Of a stretch of 64,000 nt of DNA, positions 1-14,296 are shown in pieces (the stretch's first letter is position 1; each line of letters begins with the position of its first letter). Location of the stretch: assembly GCA_964016885.1 (NCBI GenBank), contig CAXHJY010000065.1, positions 1-64,000 of the forward strand, read 5' to 3'. The stretch is from Eledone cirrhosa (taxonomy: Eukaryota). The notes beneath the pieces were generated by a model. The model searched no databases, was not told where the DNA came from, and was given only the letters and a program-made list of their open reading frames with translations. The position numbers were made by a program, and so were the translations under genes.

Positions 1-185
1 CATATAAAAACAGCCTGGGCATTTTGTTCTGGAATTGTCTCTCCTTCCATTGTACAGAGAAGATGAGAGTGGAAGAGTGAGGATGTGAAAAAAATGAGAA
101 AGAAGAGTAAAGAGAGAGAGATGGAGGATATATAACATTTCTATTTTTTTTACGCCCGCTTTTCCCTGCTTGCAAGGGTTGGATA

Positions 186-1073
186 TCTGTATATATAAAA
201 AATTAAGTGTGTGTGTATTACCTATAGGAGCCTACATCTTCCGACCGATTTTCATGAAACTTTACAGGCTCATAGATTAGTCATCGGGGAGTGTTTTCTA
301 TATATCAGCGTATCGTTTTTTTTTATTCCGGGGTCATTCTGCTGATAAAAATCGATAGGGGGGTCACCTTTTTTTAGGTATCGAAAAATAAGACTTTTGG
401 CTCTAGCTCCCACATTTTGCCACCGATTTCGTTCAAATTTTAAAGCAAAATAGAATTTATTATTGCACATCCTGTAATGGCTTTATATTTTGCATTTGTT
501 GTTCAGGGACGGCGTGGCAGCCGCTTAAATTATTCAGAAATACCACTTTTAGACTCAAATTTCCACTTTTTCGGCTCTAGTTCCCACATTAATCAACCTA
601 CTTTGTTCAAATTTTAACTACGTTAGATCTGATTATTTCACGCCTTAAAGTGGCTTTATATTTTGGATTTTTTGTTCAGGAACGGCGTGGCAGCCACTTA
701 AATATTCGAAAATACCACCTTTTCGCTCAAATTTTCGGCTCTAGCTCCCACATTTTTCAACCGATTTCGTTCAAATTCTAAACTTCGGTTCCACCTCACA
801 CATAAATCAATTTATTTGGCTCAACTTTTATACTACAATAGAACCTATCATTGCACATCTTATAGTAGCTTTACATTTTGCATATTTTGTTCAGGGACGG
901 CGTGGCAGCCGTTTAACTCTTCAAAATACGATGTTTTCCACCTCCCACATATTCCATACGATTTCACTCAACATTTCGCCATTTGCTACACCTTACGAAA
1001 CTCGCAGTCGCTAAGATCAGCACCTTTTCATCAAAGCAGATATTATTTTACCTACCGAGGCAACACTGGGTAC
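186..1073 (+). mobile_element. Non-autonomous Helitron-like element with internal ~175-210 bp subrepeats
   Basis: Starts TCTGTATATATAAAA followed by (GT)n and CCGATTTTCATGAAACTT. Three internal repeats (GGCTCTAGCTCCCACATT... and CAGGGACGGCGTGGCAGCC at ~504, ~677, ~892). Ends in GCAACACTGGGTACTA, resembling Helitron 3' subterminal motifs; the terminal CTAG is not seen. Confidence 0.5.
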
Positions 1074-1074
1074 T

Positions 1075-1337
1075 ATAAGAAAATGAGTTTTTTTTTAATA
1101 AAAAAAATGAGATGTCCTACACGGGTGAAAGTACGAGGAAAAGAAATCGAAAATGCAACTGGAGTCTTTAAGAATATTTATTTATTTCCTTTACCGGTTT
1201 CACAGTTCTTATGCTTTTCAAAAGTTCTATTCATCCAAATCAATTCTACTTTTGAATAGCATAAGAACTGTGAAACCTGTAAAGGAAATAAATAAATAAA
1301 ATATTCTTAAAAAGACTTCAGTTGCATTTTCGATTTA
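1075..1337. mobile_element. Fold-back element, family B (Penelope pseudo-LTR-like), with hammerhead 3' half
   Basis: Inverted arms ~1144-1225 and ~1248-1336 with a left-only extension at 1075-1143. The arms read outward GAAAC-CG/CT-GTA-AAGGAAATAAA. Homologous to 21957-22265. Confidence 0.65.
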
Positions 1338-1404
1338 TTACCCATATATATAGAGAGAGAGAGGCGGGGTTGAACAGTAAAAAGAAAAGAATTGATGTCA
1401 GCCC

Positions 1405-1505
1405 TTGAATGGTACTTTATCGAACCCGAAGGGATGAAAGGCAAAGAGCTGGAACAATTACCACAAGGCATTTGTCTGATATTCTAACAATTCTACCAAC
1501 CCGCT
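1405..1505 (-). mobile_element. Degenerate tRNA-derived SINE fragment (Nin/Deu-like domain family)
   Basis: Reverse complement contains CTTTGCCTTTCATCCCTTCGGGTTCGATAAAGTACC, matching the complete SINE at 38521-38708. Confidence 0.55.
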
Positions 1506-2954
1506 ATCTTATCTGGTACTTTTCATTGTTAAAGATGGGATGGTGAGATTTGAGAGAAATTTGGTTGCTATTTTAGGTGATAGAGTGACTATGTAGAGGA
1601 CCCCTATTTAACTTGAAGAGAATAATTAGAGGAATTGAAATCGGATAAATCTGTAGTGCATTCAAAACTTGTTTCTAGGTCTTGGATATATAGTTTATCA
1701 AGCTGTTAGAATAAATCAGTTAATGCCACTAACTGATTATTTTACCTGCAAAACATTGCAGCTAAATCTCACTCACATATCATCATCGTTTAACTTCCAT
1801 CTTCCATGCTAGCATATAATTGTAGAAGAGCAGATGTACATTTGATAAAGTAGTCCTTGATACACACAGCACAAAAAATATAGGATGGTAATGTCTAGGA
1901 CAAATTTGATAAGAGATTTGCTCAATTAATGACCAGCCTGGGGCTAAAACAACCAAAAACACTAATTGTTATAGAATATGTTCTACATAATTAATAGCAT
2001 CAACAGAAATATGGACAACTTTGGTTGAAAGAAAAACAAACTGAAAAAATGTAGGATTTAAAAAGTTAAGTTGATATGAACTCACAATCCATAAGTAGGT
2101 AATCAAATGCCCTATTCCCTTAATCATTTCAGCACATCGAAATTAATGTTTATAACTTTGATTTAAGATATGTTATGGAAATTTACTCTTAAATCATTCT
2201 AAAATTCATTTTGTGAGTATATTTTTGGATTCCTCATAATTTCATATTTCATGTGCAGAATTCTCTATATTACAGAAATCCATAACAACAACAACAAAAA
2301 AAAGACATTAAAATAATAATTAAAAGAAAGAAAGAAAGAAGTAAGGAAAATGGAGAGAAACAAAAATAAACTGATAACAATAGCAAATAAAACTTATGAA
2401 CTACATTTTGAAGTGGAGAGTTGCTTTTCTCTTTATGAAAAATAAATAATAATTATTATATATTTTGTTATTCATTTCTTTTTCAATAATGAGAGATTAA
2501 GTTATATGTATATATATTTAAAAAAACATTTTCGATGAGTAATTTTCATATTATTCACAGTGAAATGGTTACTGAAACATCAATTGTTATTTAAAAATCA
2601 TTAATACATATATTATTGTAATATTTTATCTCATCATATTTACAGATATTAATTTGCTGAATGAAACTGGAAATTGGTGCTCAGCAACCAGCTACACACA
2701 TGGCACTAAATTTATGCTAATGGGAATATTTCATCGCTGCTTCTTTTATTTTTCATTGTATTTATTTATTCATTTGTTTATTTATTTATTTATTTTATGA
2801 GTGTTTTGGTTTGCTTTGTTATTGTTTCGGCAATATACCTTGCTAAATATCACTCAGATGTGAAACAGATAATCATTGTACAAGTTGTCATTTATAATAA
2901 TGTATCATATATTTATAGACTGCAGTCAACTGAAACCTTTAAATTAGCAATATA

Positions 2955-3007
<53 letters not shown>

Positions 3008-3781
3008 GGCAGCTGTAATTATAGCGAGTATGATGCTAAGATAAGATGGTGGTATTTTGGTGTTGTGGTGTTGATTCATTGCTGTGTATGTACTCACTTG
3101 AGGATTGCTCAGTAGTGTTGTCACTGTTGTATAGAGTGTAGGTGTAGGAGATTCATATGCTTGATACAGTGTGACCAGAGATTTCGGGTGTGCAAGTGAG
3201 TAAGTGTTCAATATGATGATGATCATCATGTGATGGTTATTTGGGTAAGTGATCTACCCTAATTACATAGGAAATGAAATATATAAACCACAATAATGCA
3301 AAGCCACTATGTTACTAATTTATTGAATATAACTTTCATTGAAGTTATACAACAATACCTGAAGAACAAACAACCTCAGTTGAATTATGTGATGTTATAT
3401 ATCAGGTATGATGAGTATGCATATTTGCTTGCAAAGGTATTATTAAAAATGTATTTAATAAACTTCTTTTGATGGGATGAATTTTCGCTGGCCTGTCTGA
3501 GAGAGAGAGAGAGAAACCAAGAGAAAGATAGAGAGGGTCTAAGAAAGGAAGGTGTCTGAGAGAGTTGACCACTACATCCTAGCTGGCTGGTATGGGTATG
3601 AACTCTGCAACTGCTATTGTTGACTATGGAATCAAGTTATTTATCAGTAATCCATTCTTTTGTCTCCATTTGACATATCAAACAAGATGACCATTTGATA
3701 TATCAAAACCTCAGACAAGTTGGCAACTGAAAGCCCATTCAGAATGGAACTTATCTATGAGGCCACCAAAGATCAGCTTAA

Positions 3782-3890
3782 TGGTGGCCACTAGTGTGAA
3801 GGTTGGATTCACAATCGTGAGATTGTGAGTTCTATTCCTGGACCAGCGATTCGTTATGTCCTTGAGCAAGACACTTTATTTCATGTTGTT
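3782..3890 (+). mobile_element. tRNA-head + CORE-like SINE, 5' fragment
   Basis: B-box-like GAGTTCTATTCC followed by GTCCTTGAGCAAGACACTTTATTT. Homologous to 47123-47270. Confidence 0.55.
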
Positions 3891-3991
3891 CCTTCTATCT
3901 GGAGTTGCGACCGATAGATAGTATTAGCAATTGGAAAGACCAAAGGAAACATTGTTCCCTTGGTTTAATTTGACAAAGGTCAATCAACTGT

Positions 3992-4030
<39 letters not shown>

Positions 4031-4044
4031 ATATAAATATGTAT

Positions 4045-4335
4045 ATGATACCTTAATTAGCAGTGGGGGAGAGTGCTGCAAGAGCATAATAGCTAGAATA
4101 AGGATAGGCTGAAAGAAATTTAAAGAGCTACTCTCATTATTGATCCCACCAAGGTTGACTTTGCCTTTCATCCTTACGGGGTCGATAAAATAAAGTACCA
4201 GTAATGCACTGGGTAATTTGCTGGCCTTGTGCCTAAAGTAGAAACAATTATTGAAAACAAAAGATTTCTCCCTACATACAAAAGGGTGGCTGTATGATGC
4301 CTGTGTGCAAAGTGTAATGCTGCATGGTAGTGACT
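4045..4335 (+). pseudogene. RTE LINE RT C-terminal fragment interrupted by a SINE 3' part (4143-4252)
   Basis: Encodes ...IARIRIG*KKFKELLSLL / KTKDFSLHTKGWLYDACVQSVMLHGS, homologous to the RTE at 19270-19430. The SINE tail matches 38521-38630. Confidence 0.75.
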
Positions 4336-4339
4336 GCCA

Positions 4340-5365
4340 CATACCTCTTTTGTGGGTTCAGTAGATTAGCTCTCAGGAACTCCCACTGTTTCTCTATATT
4401 GTATGTTACTATTTATTCTTCTTTATTGTCAAAAGCCTCAAGTTGTCCGTAAATTTGTTATAGGCTGAGGGCTCCTGCAATTTCCATTCCCTTCTCCTCC
4501 ACATTGCCGTCTGTCCCTAAGTTCATTTAGCTCTAGCTCTAATTAGCAAGTCACTGACTACTAGGTTATGCTGAAAGGTGCATTCCTTGCCTGGGAGAGT
4601 TTGTGTTTACAACCATCACTTTATCTCACTTCCTGGTGATTCTATTTTGCAGCTGTGCTAACCTGATCGATAGGTGATCAAGTCGTTGACAGGTTTTTTG
4701 GAGTTGGTGTTACTGATCATCAGTTCATTAGCATCGCAGAATTCCAGGAGCCTGGATTCCTCCTCATTTTTTGCACCAGATCTGTACCCACTGTGTGTCC
4801 CATAGAAGCCATCACTGTGTTGTCCAATATGTCCATTAAAGTCTCCTGCTCTGATTAATAATTCCTCGTCGTTCACAAGAAAACTAGGCCGTTTTAGGTA
4901 TTTGTAAAAGCCATCTTTTAGTCAGTCTTGAAGTCCCAAATGTAGTACATATGCTGATATAATTATCACAGTCATACTATCTAGGACTATACTGTGTTTA
5001 ATGTTTCTGTCATTTACCCTGTTGACTGTGATAACATTTTCTACCCATTTTTCTGCCAACACAATACCTACTCTAATTAGCCCATAATCATTTCCAACCC
5101 TGAAAATTTTGTAGCATCCTTCTTTACCAACTAGGAGTCTAGCAGATCCTCCTCTCCACCAAGTATCTTGTACACAACACACATCTACTCTCTTTCATTC
5201 TAACATCACTACAATCTCTCCTCATCTTCCTCTCATTGTACCTGCATCAATAGTTGCAGCTCTAAAGTTTTTGAGTTTGCTGGAGAAGGGGGATTTAGGA
5301 TCTTTGGAAAAGAGGTAGAATCTGTATTGGGGTTTGTGCCAGCTTTCCATACCTGAAATAAAGCA
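4340..5365 (-). pseudogene. RTE LINE 5' fragment (APE endonuclease), degenerate
   Basis: ORF pieces CCVQDTWWRGGSARLLVGK..., GDFNGHIG, LLEFCDANELMISNT, LITYRSG match the APE domains of the other copies. Several stops and frameshifts. Confidence 0.85.
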
Positions 5366-7214
5366 AATTTGCTTGGTCATATGGAGTCAAGTAGATTCAT
5401 GCCAAGAAGATTTTTTGAACCCTGAAGTCCATCTACAATACAATCCATCCAAAGTACACAGCACCCGTACCTTATATTAATAATATTAATAGTGGTAGTG
5501 CTCTTAACATTAACATTTTTGAAGATGAATAACACTACTGTCGTTTGAATGATCTAGAAGAGGAAACTGCGAAGAGACTAAATGCGCCAAAATCTACATA
5601 CAGGATAAATGTATGTTAAATCATATAAGCGAGAAAGAGAAATATCAAATATAATTTATACTTAAATGTACACACTTGTAAACAAATATATACACACATG
5701 CACACATGCATTTTAAAATCGTACCAGAGAAATATTAGATTTATATATAGAAATGTATACAGTTGTATATGCATACATACACACATGCACACACAGGTGG
5801 CTGAAGCAGCAAGAGGGGTTGAAAAGGTTATAGCTCACACACTCATATATATATATATATATGAGCATGTATCATTGTTTTTAGTGCTAGATAACCTTCC
5901 TGACTTCAATCCTTTTAGTCGCCTCTTACAACATGCAGAGATATGCTGTAACTATTCTAAAATCTGGGGTACACCTGGCACATATATATATAAATATATA
6001 GCCCATCTAAGAGGTCAGTGACTCCATTTGAGTACTGACTCATCCTGTCATAACCTGTCCAACTCTTGCTAGCAAGGAAAATAGACTTTAAAATAAGATG
6101 ATGATAATGTTGATGTTGATGATGGTGTTGATACATGCATACATACATATGTAATATGTTTTAATGCATAAAAGAATGAATATATTTTTACGTATAAAAT
6201 ATATAAATAAATGAATAGGTATAACCATTAATATTGATGAAGAGTTATTTTATAATTATGTGTTGTAGAAACAATTGCTGTAGAGCAAAAGCAAACAAAC
6301 AAATAAAATCGATGCAAGAGCTACTGCTAAAATGGATCAGTGTAGTGATTTCTAAATTTATCAAGGAATTAAGGGAACTGGTGTGAAATGAGGAAAATTA
6401 ATGAAAAGAGATTGATGAATATTTTTTAGTTCCATTATTTATGTATTTCATTATTTATTTATATTTGTGCTTTCTGATTGTGACAATATCTGAGATACAC
6501 TCTAATGTTTCATTCTTTTGATGTGTGTTTATTAAATTGATATTAATTAATACCATAAAATCTAATACGCTACTGATTTTTGGCATCATATCAAAGTCAA
6601 TTTTATTGATCCTACATCACCATCACAAAAGCAAAACAATGCAATAAATAATAATAAAGAAAGCAAAACGTATAAACCAAAGTAAATATATTTTTTAAAC
6701 GGCCCTTGCACCCTCTTAAAACGAAATCATTAAACATTAATTATAAAATTATTTCCCATAAAGATATTAAGTGTCTGCAATCATATAGATGTACATGCTT
6801 TAATTACACGTAGGTTAGTGTGTTTTTATGAAAATGTAAGAGTGATTATTATATAAATCAGGTTTCATACATGCACACATGAGTTTACATTTACATTGTC
6901 ACATATATTTTTATATTTATACATACATTTACAACAAAATGTATATAATTATGAGTCACAAATTAAATAGAGATTTTGCTTAGCATTAATAAAATGAACA
7001 ACAATTCCCAATAGTAGTTCAGATATTCAGAAAGAGCGTAAGTCATTGAACATTTATATATAGGTAGACACACATGGCTGATAACTCATAATTTGTTGCC
7101 TTGACTTACCATGAATTCAGTGTTTCATTCAGACTGCCATTATGGAGATAATGTAAGCATTCAAAGAAAATTAACAAATAATATTATTGCACAAGGACAT
7201 AACTGCACCATTGG

Positions 7215-7299
7215 TTAACTCAGTGAGAATCATCTCCTACATCTTGTAACATGTATAATATGTTACAGGATGTAGGAGGTGAATCTCACTTAAAGTTAA
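7215..7299. other. Isolated ~31-bp imperfect hairpin
   Basis: AGTGAGAATCATCTCCTACATCTTGTAACAT (7222-7252) pairs with ATGTTACAGGATGTAGGAGGTGAATCTCACT (7260-7290), with two G-U pairs and one mismatch on the + strand. Confidence 0.7.
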
Positions 7300-8785
7300 G
7301 TGGAAGTAATTAGTTCAAAGTGAATGAATTTTTTTACAAGGAAAATAAAAGAGGGATATGATATCCCTCTATGCATCGATATTACAGTTTACCAATCAGA
7401 AATCGTAACAGTTTTATCATATAAAATGAAGAAAAGAATTTGGGATAACCCACAGAAGATATGTGAAATAGAAGTAACTTGAAAAATGTCTTCAAAAGGA
7501 GATTACAAAAATGGAGTATAATCTGTTCCCCATAATAAAACACTTTTTACAGGCAATGCTTGTTTAGTTTCATGAGGTAACATCCATTATTATCAGCGTA
7601 CATATCTGTAGAATAATCCCCCAATAACTTGAACTATCAGTAAGTTTATTAATATTAAAATGAAAAGACTGTTTAAGAAGATTTATTATCTGCAACACAC
7701 GTGGTTGAGATACTATTTTCACTTCATACATTACAGACTCAAAATTCTTAAATTTAAATGAAAAGAAATATACTGTAAAGACCAAATATTTTATTATCAA
7801 TTGGAGCCTATAAATTTAAATAAGGTATCAGTTCATAATTTATATATCACTTACATTCTCAAATTATATGTAACTGGCACACACAGTAAACTAGAAATAT
7901 CTTAGTTCCAAACGGTAGACAAAAGTTATTCTTTTAGAATTATGATATTTTCAAAATATCAAAAAAATTGTCATTATAGCTGTATTCATTATGCATATAT
8001 CAATGCCTTCTATGCAAGTAGTGAATGTGCTTTAATTGCCCTGGATATACGAGAAGGTATATATTGTCATAGTTTTAACATCCACTTTCCCTGTTAGTAA
8101 GGGTTCGACAGGTCTACATAGACCAAGTTAGTATTGAAGTGGAGCCACTGATCTCCTAAACTAACATCTTGCATTCCATTGAGTGCACAGGAGAGGTTGT
8201 CATGTCTTTGACACAACTCAAGGGTCCTCTCAACCCTTTGTTTGACAAACTGTCTATGGCTGGATGCCCTTCCTATCACCAACCCCTTTACGGCGTGTAC
8301 TGGGTGCGTTTATCATGCAGTCCCCAACATTAGGGAGGTTGTAATGTCTTTGACACAACTGAAGGATCCTTTTTATTTTCTTCATGGAGATAAGAACACT
8401 CAGTGTCAAAAGTGGGAGGTGAAGTGATGGAGAGAATAGTAAAGGTATGATAGTGGTGGGGACATGAGTGTGATGCAGGAATTAGCTACTAGGGTGTGAT
8501 AGTGAGTGTATCTAAGGGTCTTTTTGCGGTGGAGACAGCAGCTAAGGGATAATTAAAGGAGGGACATGGGTGGGTGTAGTGATAGTGAGGAGAATAGCCG
8601 CTAGGGAGTGCTAGTAGAGGCATGGCTGGATGCATAAGAGTGAGGAGAGTAGCTACTAGATTACGATAATGAAGGAGTCTGGAGTCTTTTGACAGCAGCT
8701 AAGGTGTGAGTATGGGCAAGGATGTAGTGATGCTAAGAATAGCTGTTAGAGAGTGATCATGCAAAGGGGGCCACACAGGGATAAA

Positions 8786-9050
8786 TCAAGCCACATTATA
8801 TACTGTAGGCCAGGTCTTCAGCAGCATAGCCATAGTGCCTACCCTTGTGTGGTTTAATTTTTTAAGGTCAATCTTCACAAACTCATCCCTTTTCTTGGGT
8901 CTGCCTCTTCTATGGGTCTCAGCTGTTGGGGTTTCTTTGAATTTCTTTATGCAGCTGTTATCTTCCATGTACATCACCAACACAGTCTTCTCTCTTGCAA
9001 ATTACATCCAATTCCTCTTATGCCAAGTTTTTCCCCCTGTTTGCTTATGT
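8786..9050 (-). pseudogene. RTE LINE C-terminal fragment
   Basis: VMYMEDNSCIKK...RRGRPKKRDEFVKIDLKKL is homologous to the RTE ORF end. Confidence 0.7.
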
Positions 9051-9282
9051 CATGCTGCTCATGCATGCTAACATTACAAATTCATTGGAATATACTCTAC
9101 TCATTATATATATATATAGTGTTTAAGCATATTACCCTTCCATACACATGCACACATGTATATCATGACTCATACACTGTTCACTTTCTTGACATTTGTA
9201 CGTTAGTCTATGTACTATACATGCACCTTTGACAAGTTGTAGTGCACCTGAGAACTGTACACAATAATTTCATTATTATATT

Positions 9283-9373
9283 CCGGGGTCGATAGAATAA
9301 AGTACCAGTAATGCACTGGGTAATTGCTGGCCTTGTGCCAAAAGTAGAAACAATTATTATTATCATTATTATT
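9283..9373 (+). mobile_element. SINE 3' end with (ATT)n tail
   Basis: GGGGTCGATAGAATAAAGTACCAGTAATGCACTGGGTAATTGCTGGCCTTGTGCCAAAAGTAGAAACAATTATT is near-identical to the 3' part of the 38521-38708 SINE. Confidence 0.75.
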
Positions 9374-11460
9374 TGCTAAACAGTTCTTTCTACCTACATC
9401 ATGGATGCAAGAAACCGCAATCTACTACTGCATGCTTTCACCCTCTAACCACATACTGGAGACACTGTTCTTTCCAATGAAACAGCTTGACAGTTATATC
9501 CTCTTTCTATATAATAGAGAGATGTGAGTTCTCAGCTGTAATGAAGATAACTGGACAAATTGAAATGTATACAAAAGATTTTTTACCCTAATCACATAGA
9601 AAAAATATGGACTTCACAAGCTGAAGCAAAGGCAACCCATCTGGAAAAGCAGAAACTCTGAATAAATATTGGTACAAGGTAGAATATTCACTTGATGAAG
9701 GGTGCTGCTTTTAACTTTCACAGTTGTTATAATTAAGGACTCTTCTTAACAACCTGTACATGTTTTCTGAATGGCCTTAGACTCCTATTACAAAGCCCTT
9801 AGTAGTTACCTCATTCATGTCTTCTTACTTCAAGACAAGAAACTGCCCTATAGCCATAGAGAAAGAGAAACCCATTTAGAAAGTTGGGTATTCTGAACAA
9901 ATATATTTATTTACAAACCGAATCCCATTTTAATCTCACTGAAGGAATTTAGAATATACAAGTTATACCAAAGGCAACATATATAGGAAAAAAGTAGCTA
10001 TTAATATAAAAATAATGCAAAGTAGAGGAGGCCCTCACTTTATTATAGCTGATAGTCTCATTAGTGCTGGTGGAATGATAAAATATATCTAATCCAGCTG
10101 TACACACAAGTCACAAAAACAAGGTATGTACAGATGTATGGTTCAGTAATTCCTGAGAGAGCCATAGGGGCGCCATATTGACATATAGCATATCTATGTC
10201 ATTTTTAAACATGGAAGCGCCTATCCCTCTTTAGGTCTGAATACAGCAGATTTCTTCTAGTGAAGGACAGAGAATGAGGGAATGGAAGTGAGAAAGAGAT
10301 ATAGATGAAGAATCGATCTAGTACTAGACTGGTACATTTTTTATCAACCTCAAATAGATGAAAGGCAAAGTTAACCTCAGTAGGATTTGTAAACCTTGTT
10401 TATGGAAAGACAGGGTATACACAGAAAAAACAAAAATGGAAATTTTCTCTGTTTCTTGGTTTGCCAGATGATAAAGCATACGACCTATCCAAAACCTGTG
10501 AAAACAAAATAAAATGATGACATCAATGACAATGATATTGGTGATGATTATTATGATAATATATTTACACATATACATTGACTGCATTAAGATGAATTTC
10601 CACTTGCAATCATGAAATTATAAATTGTTTGCCCTTTTGAACTTCCTCCATTTTGAACTACAACACCATTGTCTCTGTTTCTGTATACAAGTTTGAAATA
10701 ACTGCAAATACAGTCTGTTGCTATAAAATAGCTTATAAAAATCAGGTTTATATTTTCAAAAGCTGTTTGATTCAGCTCTTTATTTAGACTATAATCACAG
10801 TTATTTTCTGTGTCTGAGCTTCCTAGATCTTCTTATAAATTTATTTTCTTGGCACTTAGTAAGTTCAACACTGCAAGCTTCACACACGATATTTTTTTAT
10901 ATTTTCAAAAGCTGTTTGACATATATACATATATTATCGTCACCATCATCACTGTTTAATGTCCATTTTTCCATTCTAGCATAGGTTATATATATATACA
11001 TACATATATATATATTTAAGTGTGTGTGCGTGAGGGGAGCAACATGTTCATGTGAGAGAATTTGCTTACAGTTAATGATGGTCAAAGTTTTATCTAGTAA
11101 AATGTATCTATAAATAACACATACAACATGCAGCTTCACAGAAATAAACTTGGAAATTTAAGATTATGAATTGACAAAAACAACAGCTAGGGCAGCATTT
11201 TCTGAATACACTAAATAAAATTTCAAGATATTGCAACAGAGAAAAACAGAACATGAAAAAGCTCAGTGCCACAGCTTGTCCACAATCTAATCATTGAAAC
11301 TAACTTCAGAATAAAAGAATAATAAAAAAAGAAAATGAGGTTTAGCTAAGAGATTTTTACATTATGAACTGTGACCAAATATATAGACACATGCACCAGC
11401 TACACATACACATCTATTTATCCATCTATCTATCTATCAATATATATATACATATATATC

Positions 11461-14265
11461 ATCATCATCATCATCATCGTTTAACGTCCATATTCCATGC
11501 TTGCATGGGTTTGGACGGGAGTTTTCCCACTTGAGGCAAGAGTGGTTGTCTTGCTCACACAGGACTGTCAGGCGGGTTTTCTACGGCTGGATGCCCTTCC
11601 TAACACCAACCACATTTACAGTGTGGACTGGGAGGTTTTTACCGTGTTACCTACACGGCCACATTACAGCTTGGACTGTGTGTTTTTTTGTCGTGACACC
11701 TACACGACCTCATTTGTTTCAGACTGGATGTTGTGTTACCAACATAACTTTACATTGAAAGAGGTGGTGTGGATGGGTTGGGGGTAGTGAAACGGGGGTG
11801 TATTTTGTTAGAGGTGCCTACTGACTGTAGTAGGTTTCACTTTGTACTTAGATAAGGCGGGTCTTCTCTATCACTGTGTAGCGCCAAAGACCTCGGTCCA
11901 GTGACATTGTCTTGGTGAGCTGTAAGTGTGTGAGGTCGGAATTTATCAAGTCGTCCCAGGTTTTTATGGGTCTGCCTACTCTGTGGCTACCATCTCTTTT
12001 TTATACAGCTGTCATCTTTCATGCGCATCACGTGATCATACCAACGTAGTCTTCTCTTGATTAAACAACATCTGATCCCTCTTATTTCTAATTTTTCCCT
12101 TAGTTCGTTTATGCTTTGCCATTCACGTATATTACTGTTACACATCCAGCGGAGCATGCAAGATTCGTTCCTCTCCAGTCTGCGTATATCCTCTGCACAC
12201 AATGCCCAGATCTCACTGCCATGTAACATTGCTGTTCGTATGCAGGCATCATACAGCCTGATTTCATTTTTTGAGAGAACCCTTTAGCGGCTAATAGTGG
12301 TATAAGCTCTCTGAACTTTTTCCATCCAGTTCTGACTCTAGCTACTGTACTTTCAGAGCACCCTCCCCCACTGCTGATTTTGTCACCCAGGTAACGGAAG
12401 GTGTCCACTATTTCTATAGAACCATCTGTGCAATGGAATGAGCTAGTATTCTGTGGGCACTTGCTGCTACTTATTGCACCAGAGCACCGGCCACATATAA
12501 AATCTATGTTCTTAGTTAGCTTACCTGTGATCCCACTACATCTTTTATGCACCCATACTTTGCATTTGGGACATAAAATGGAGTTTCTACCTACTCCTTT
12601 CCTACACACTGAGCATGGCCATTTCCAGGATGGGATCGGTGCCCTTTTTTCCTTCCTACAAACTAGAACTTTAGTCTTAGACAGGTTAATTTTGATTCTA
12701 GGCCATGCTTCCATGTTTGGAATTTCTTCTCTAGTTCAGCCATTGATTCAGCTATGAGCGTTAGATCATCTGTGTATAGGAGTTCCCATGGGCAGCCGGT
12801 CTTGAACTGTTATAGCCTGAAGGGCAATAATAAATGGTAGGGGGCTAAGAACGGAGCCCTGATGTACACCAGCTTTTACGCTAAACTCTTCACTATATTC
12901 GTTGTTAATTCTAACCTTGCTGACTGTTTCTTTATACATAGCTTGTATAGCTCTCACAAGCCATTCATCAACACCTAGTTTTCTAAGAGCCCACCAGATA
13001 ATGGAACGGGGGACTCTATCGAAGGCTTTCTCCAAGTCGACAAAAGCTAAGTATAGGGGTTTACTTTTAGCTAGATACTTCTCCTGTAGTTGTCTACAAT
13101 GAAAAGAGCGTCTGTAGTACTTTTACCTGACACAAACCCGAACTGCATTTCATCTAGATCAATTCTCTCTCTGATTAGTTGCGCTATTACTTTTTCTGTG
13201 ACCTTCATGACTTGGTCGATTAATTTAATGCCTCTATAGTTACTCCTATCTAGGGCATCTCCTTTACCCTTGTAGCAGTTAATGATGATGCTGCTACGCC
13301 AGTCCTTCGGAACAACCCCATTCTGTATGACTTGGTTTACTATCCGGGTGACCATGGTGTGTCCCACCGTTCCAGAGGCTTTCAGCATTTCATCAATTAT
13401 TTCCGAAGGCCCAGCCACCTTACCCATCTTCATATCTTTGATTGCCTTACTTATTATACTACCTTCGACTAACACTGCTGATCCCTCTATTTGGTCGATG
13501 TGGGGGAGACTGTCTTTCTCCCATTTATTCTCCTCATTTTGTAGCCTTTCATAGTGACACTTCCAAGCTACCTTCTTATCAGCGTCAGTGATGGCGAGTA
13601 CACCATCATCATTAAGGACACACTTCTTCCCGACAATATCACGGTTTTCCTTGACACATTGCCTAGCAATCCTGAACACCTCACGTTTTTGGTCCTCGCG
13701 TTGTAGAACATGCTTGAACTTTCTTTCCTCTGCTTCCCTTCTTGCGAAGTACACTTCTCTCCTAGCTTCCCTCCTGGCCACTTGATAGTCTTCTCTACTT
13801 CCCCCATCCCGCCATACTTTCCAAGCCTGCTTTTTGGCCTTAATTGACTCCTCCACCTTACTGTTCCACCACCATGTTACTCTCCTCCTGCCTACAGGCC
13901 TGCTCCAGCCACAGACTTCGTCTGCCGCCATCAGCAGGTTTGCTTTCAGGAATTCCCACTGTTCCTCTATATTGTACGATTCTAAACTCTTCCTTACTGT
14001 CGAAAGCATCAAGTAATATGCTTTTAAATTTATTTCTGGCTGTGGGGTCCTTTAGCTTCCATATTTTTCTCCCGAAGATAGTCCTCTTCTGTTGTCGAGT
14101 ACGTCTCGTCCTAACTATGAGGTCACTAATTATCAGTCTATGTTGGGATGTGCATTCTTCATGGGGGAGGGATTTAGTGTTTACAACAGACACTCTGTCA
14201 CGTCTTCTGGTAAGGTTATAATCTACCTGGCTGGTATGTTCCCCTGATCTGTAGGTGATCAAGTG
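11461..14265 (-). mobile_element. RTE-clade LINE copy A, 5'-truncated and frameshifted (end of APE, RT, PHD finger, long 3' UTR, (GAT)n tail)
   Basis: ORF pieces contain ITYRSG, VTWWWN, NYRGIKL, QFGF, KAFDRVPR, GVHQGSVLSP, the PHD cysteine pattern and RLRWY. The 3' end is GGACGTTAAAC(GAT)n, and both ends abut TA tracts. Confidence 0.95.

Positions 14266-14291
<26 letters not shown>

Positions 14292-14296
<5 letters not shown>

Noticed and set aside
2646-3018. Possible host exon after TTTACAG (DINLLNETGNWCSATSYTHG...)
   Set aside because: It runs into low-complexity TTTA/TA sequence, with no recognisable domain or partner exons.
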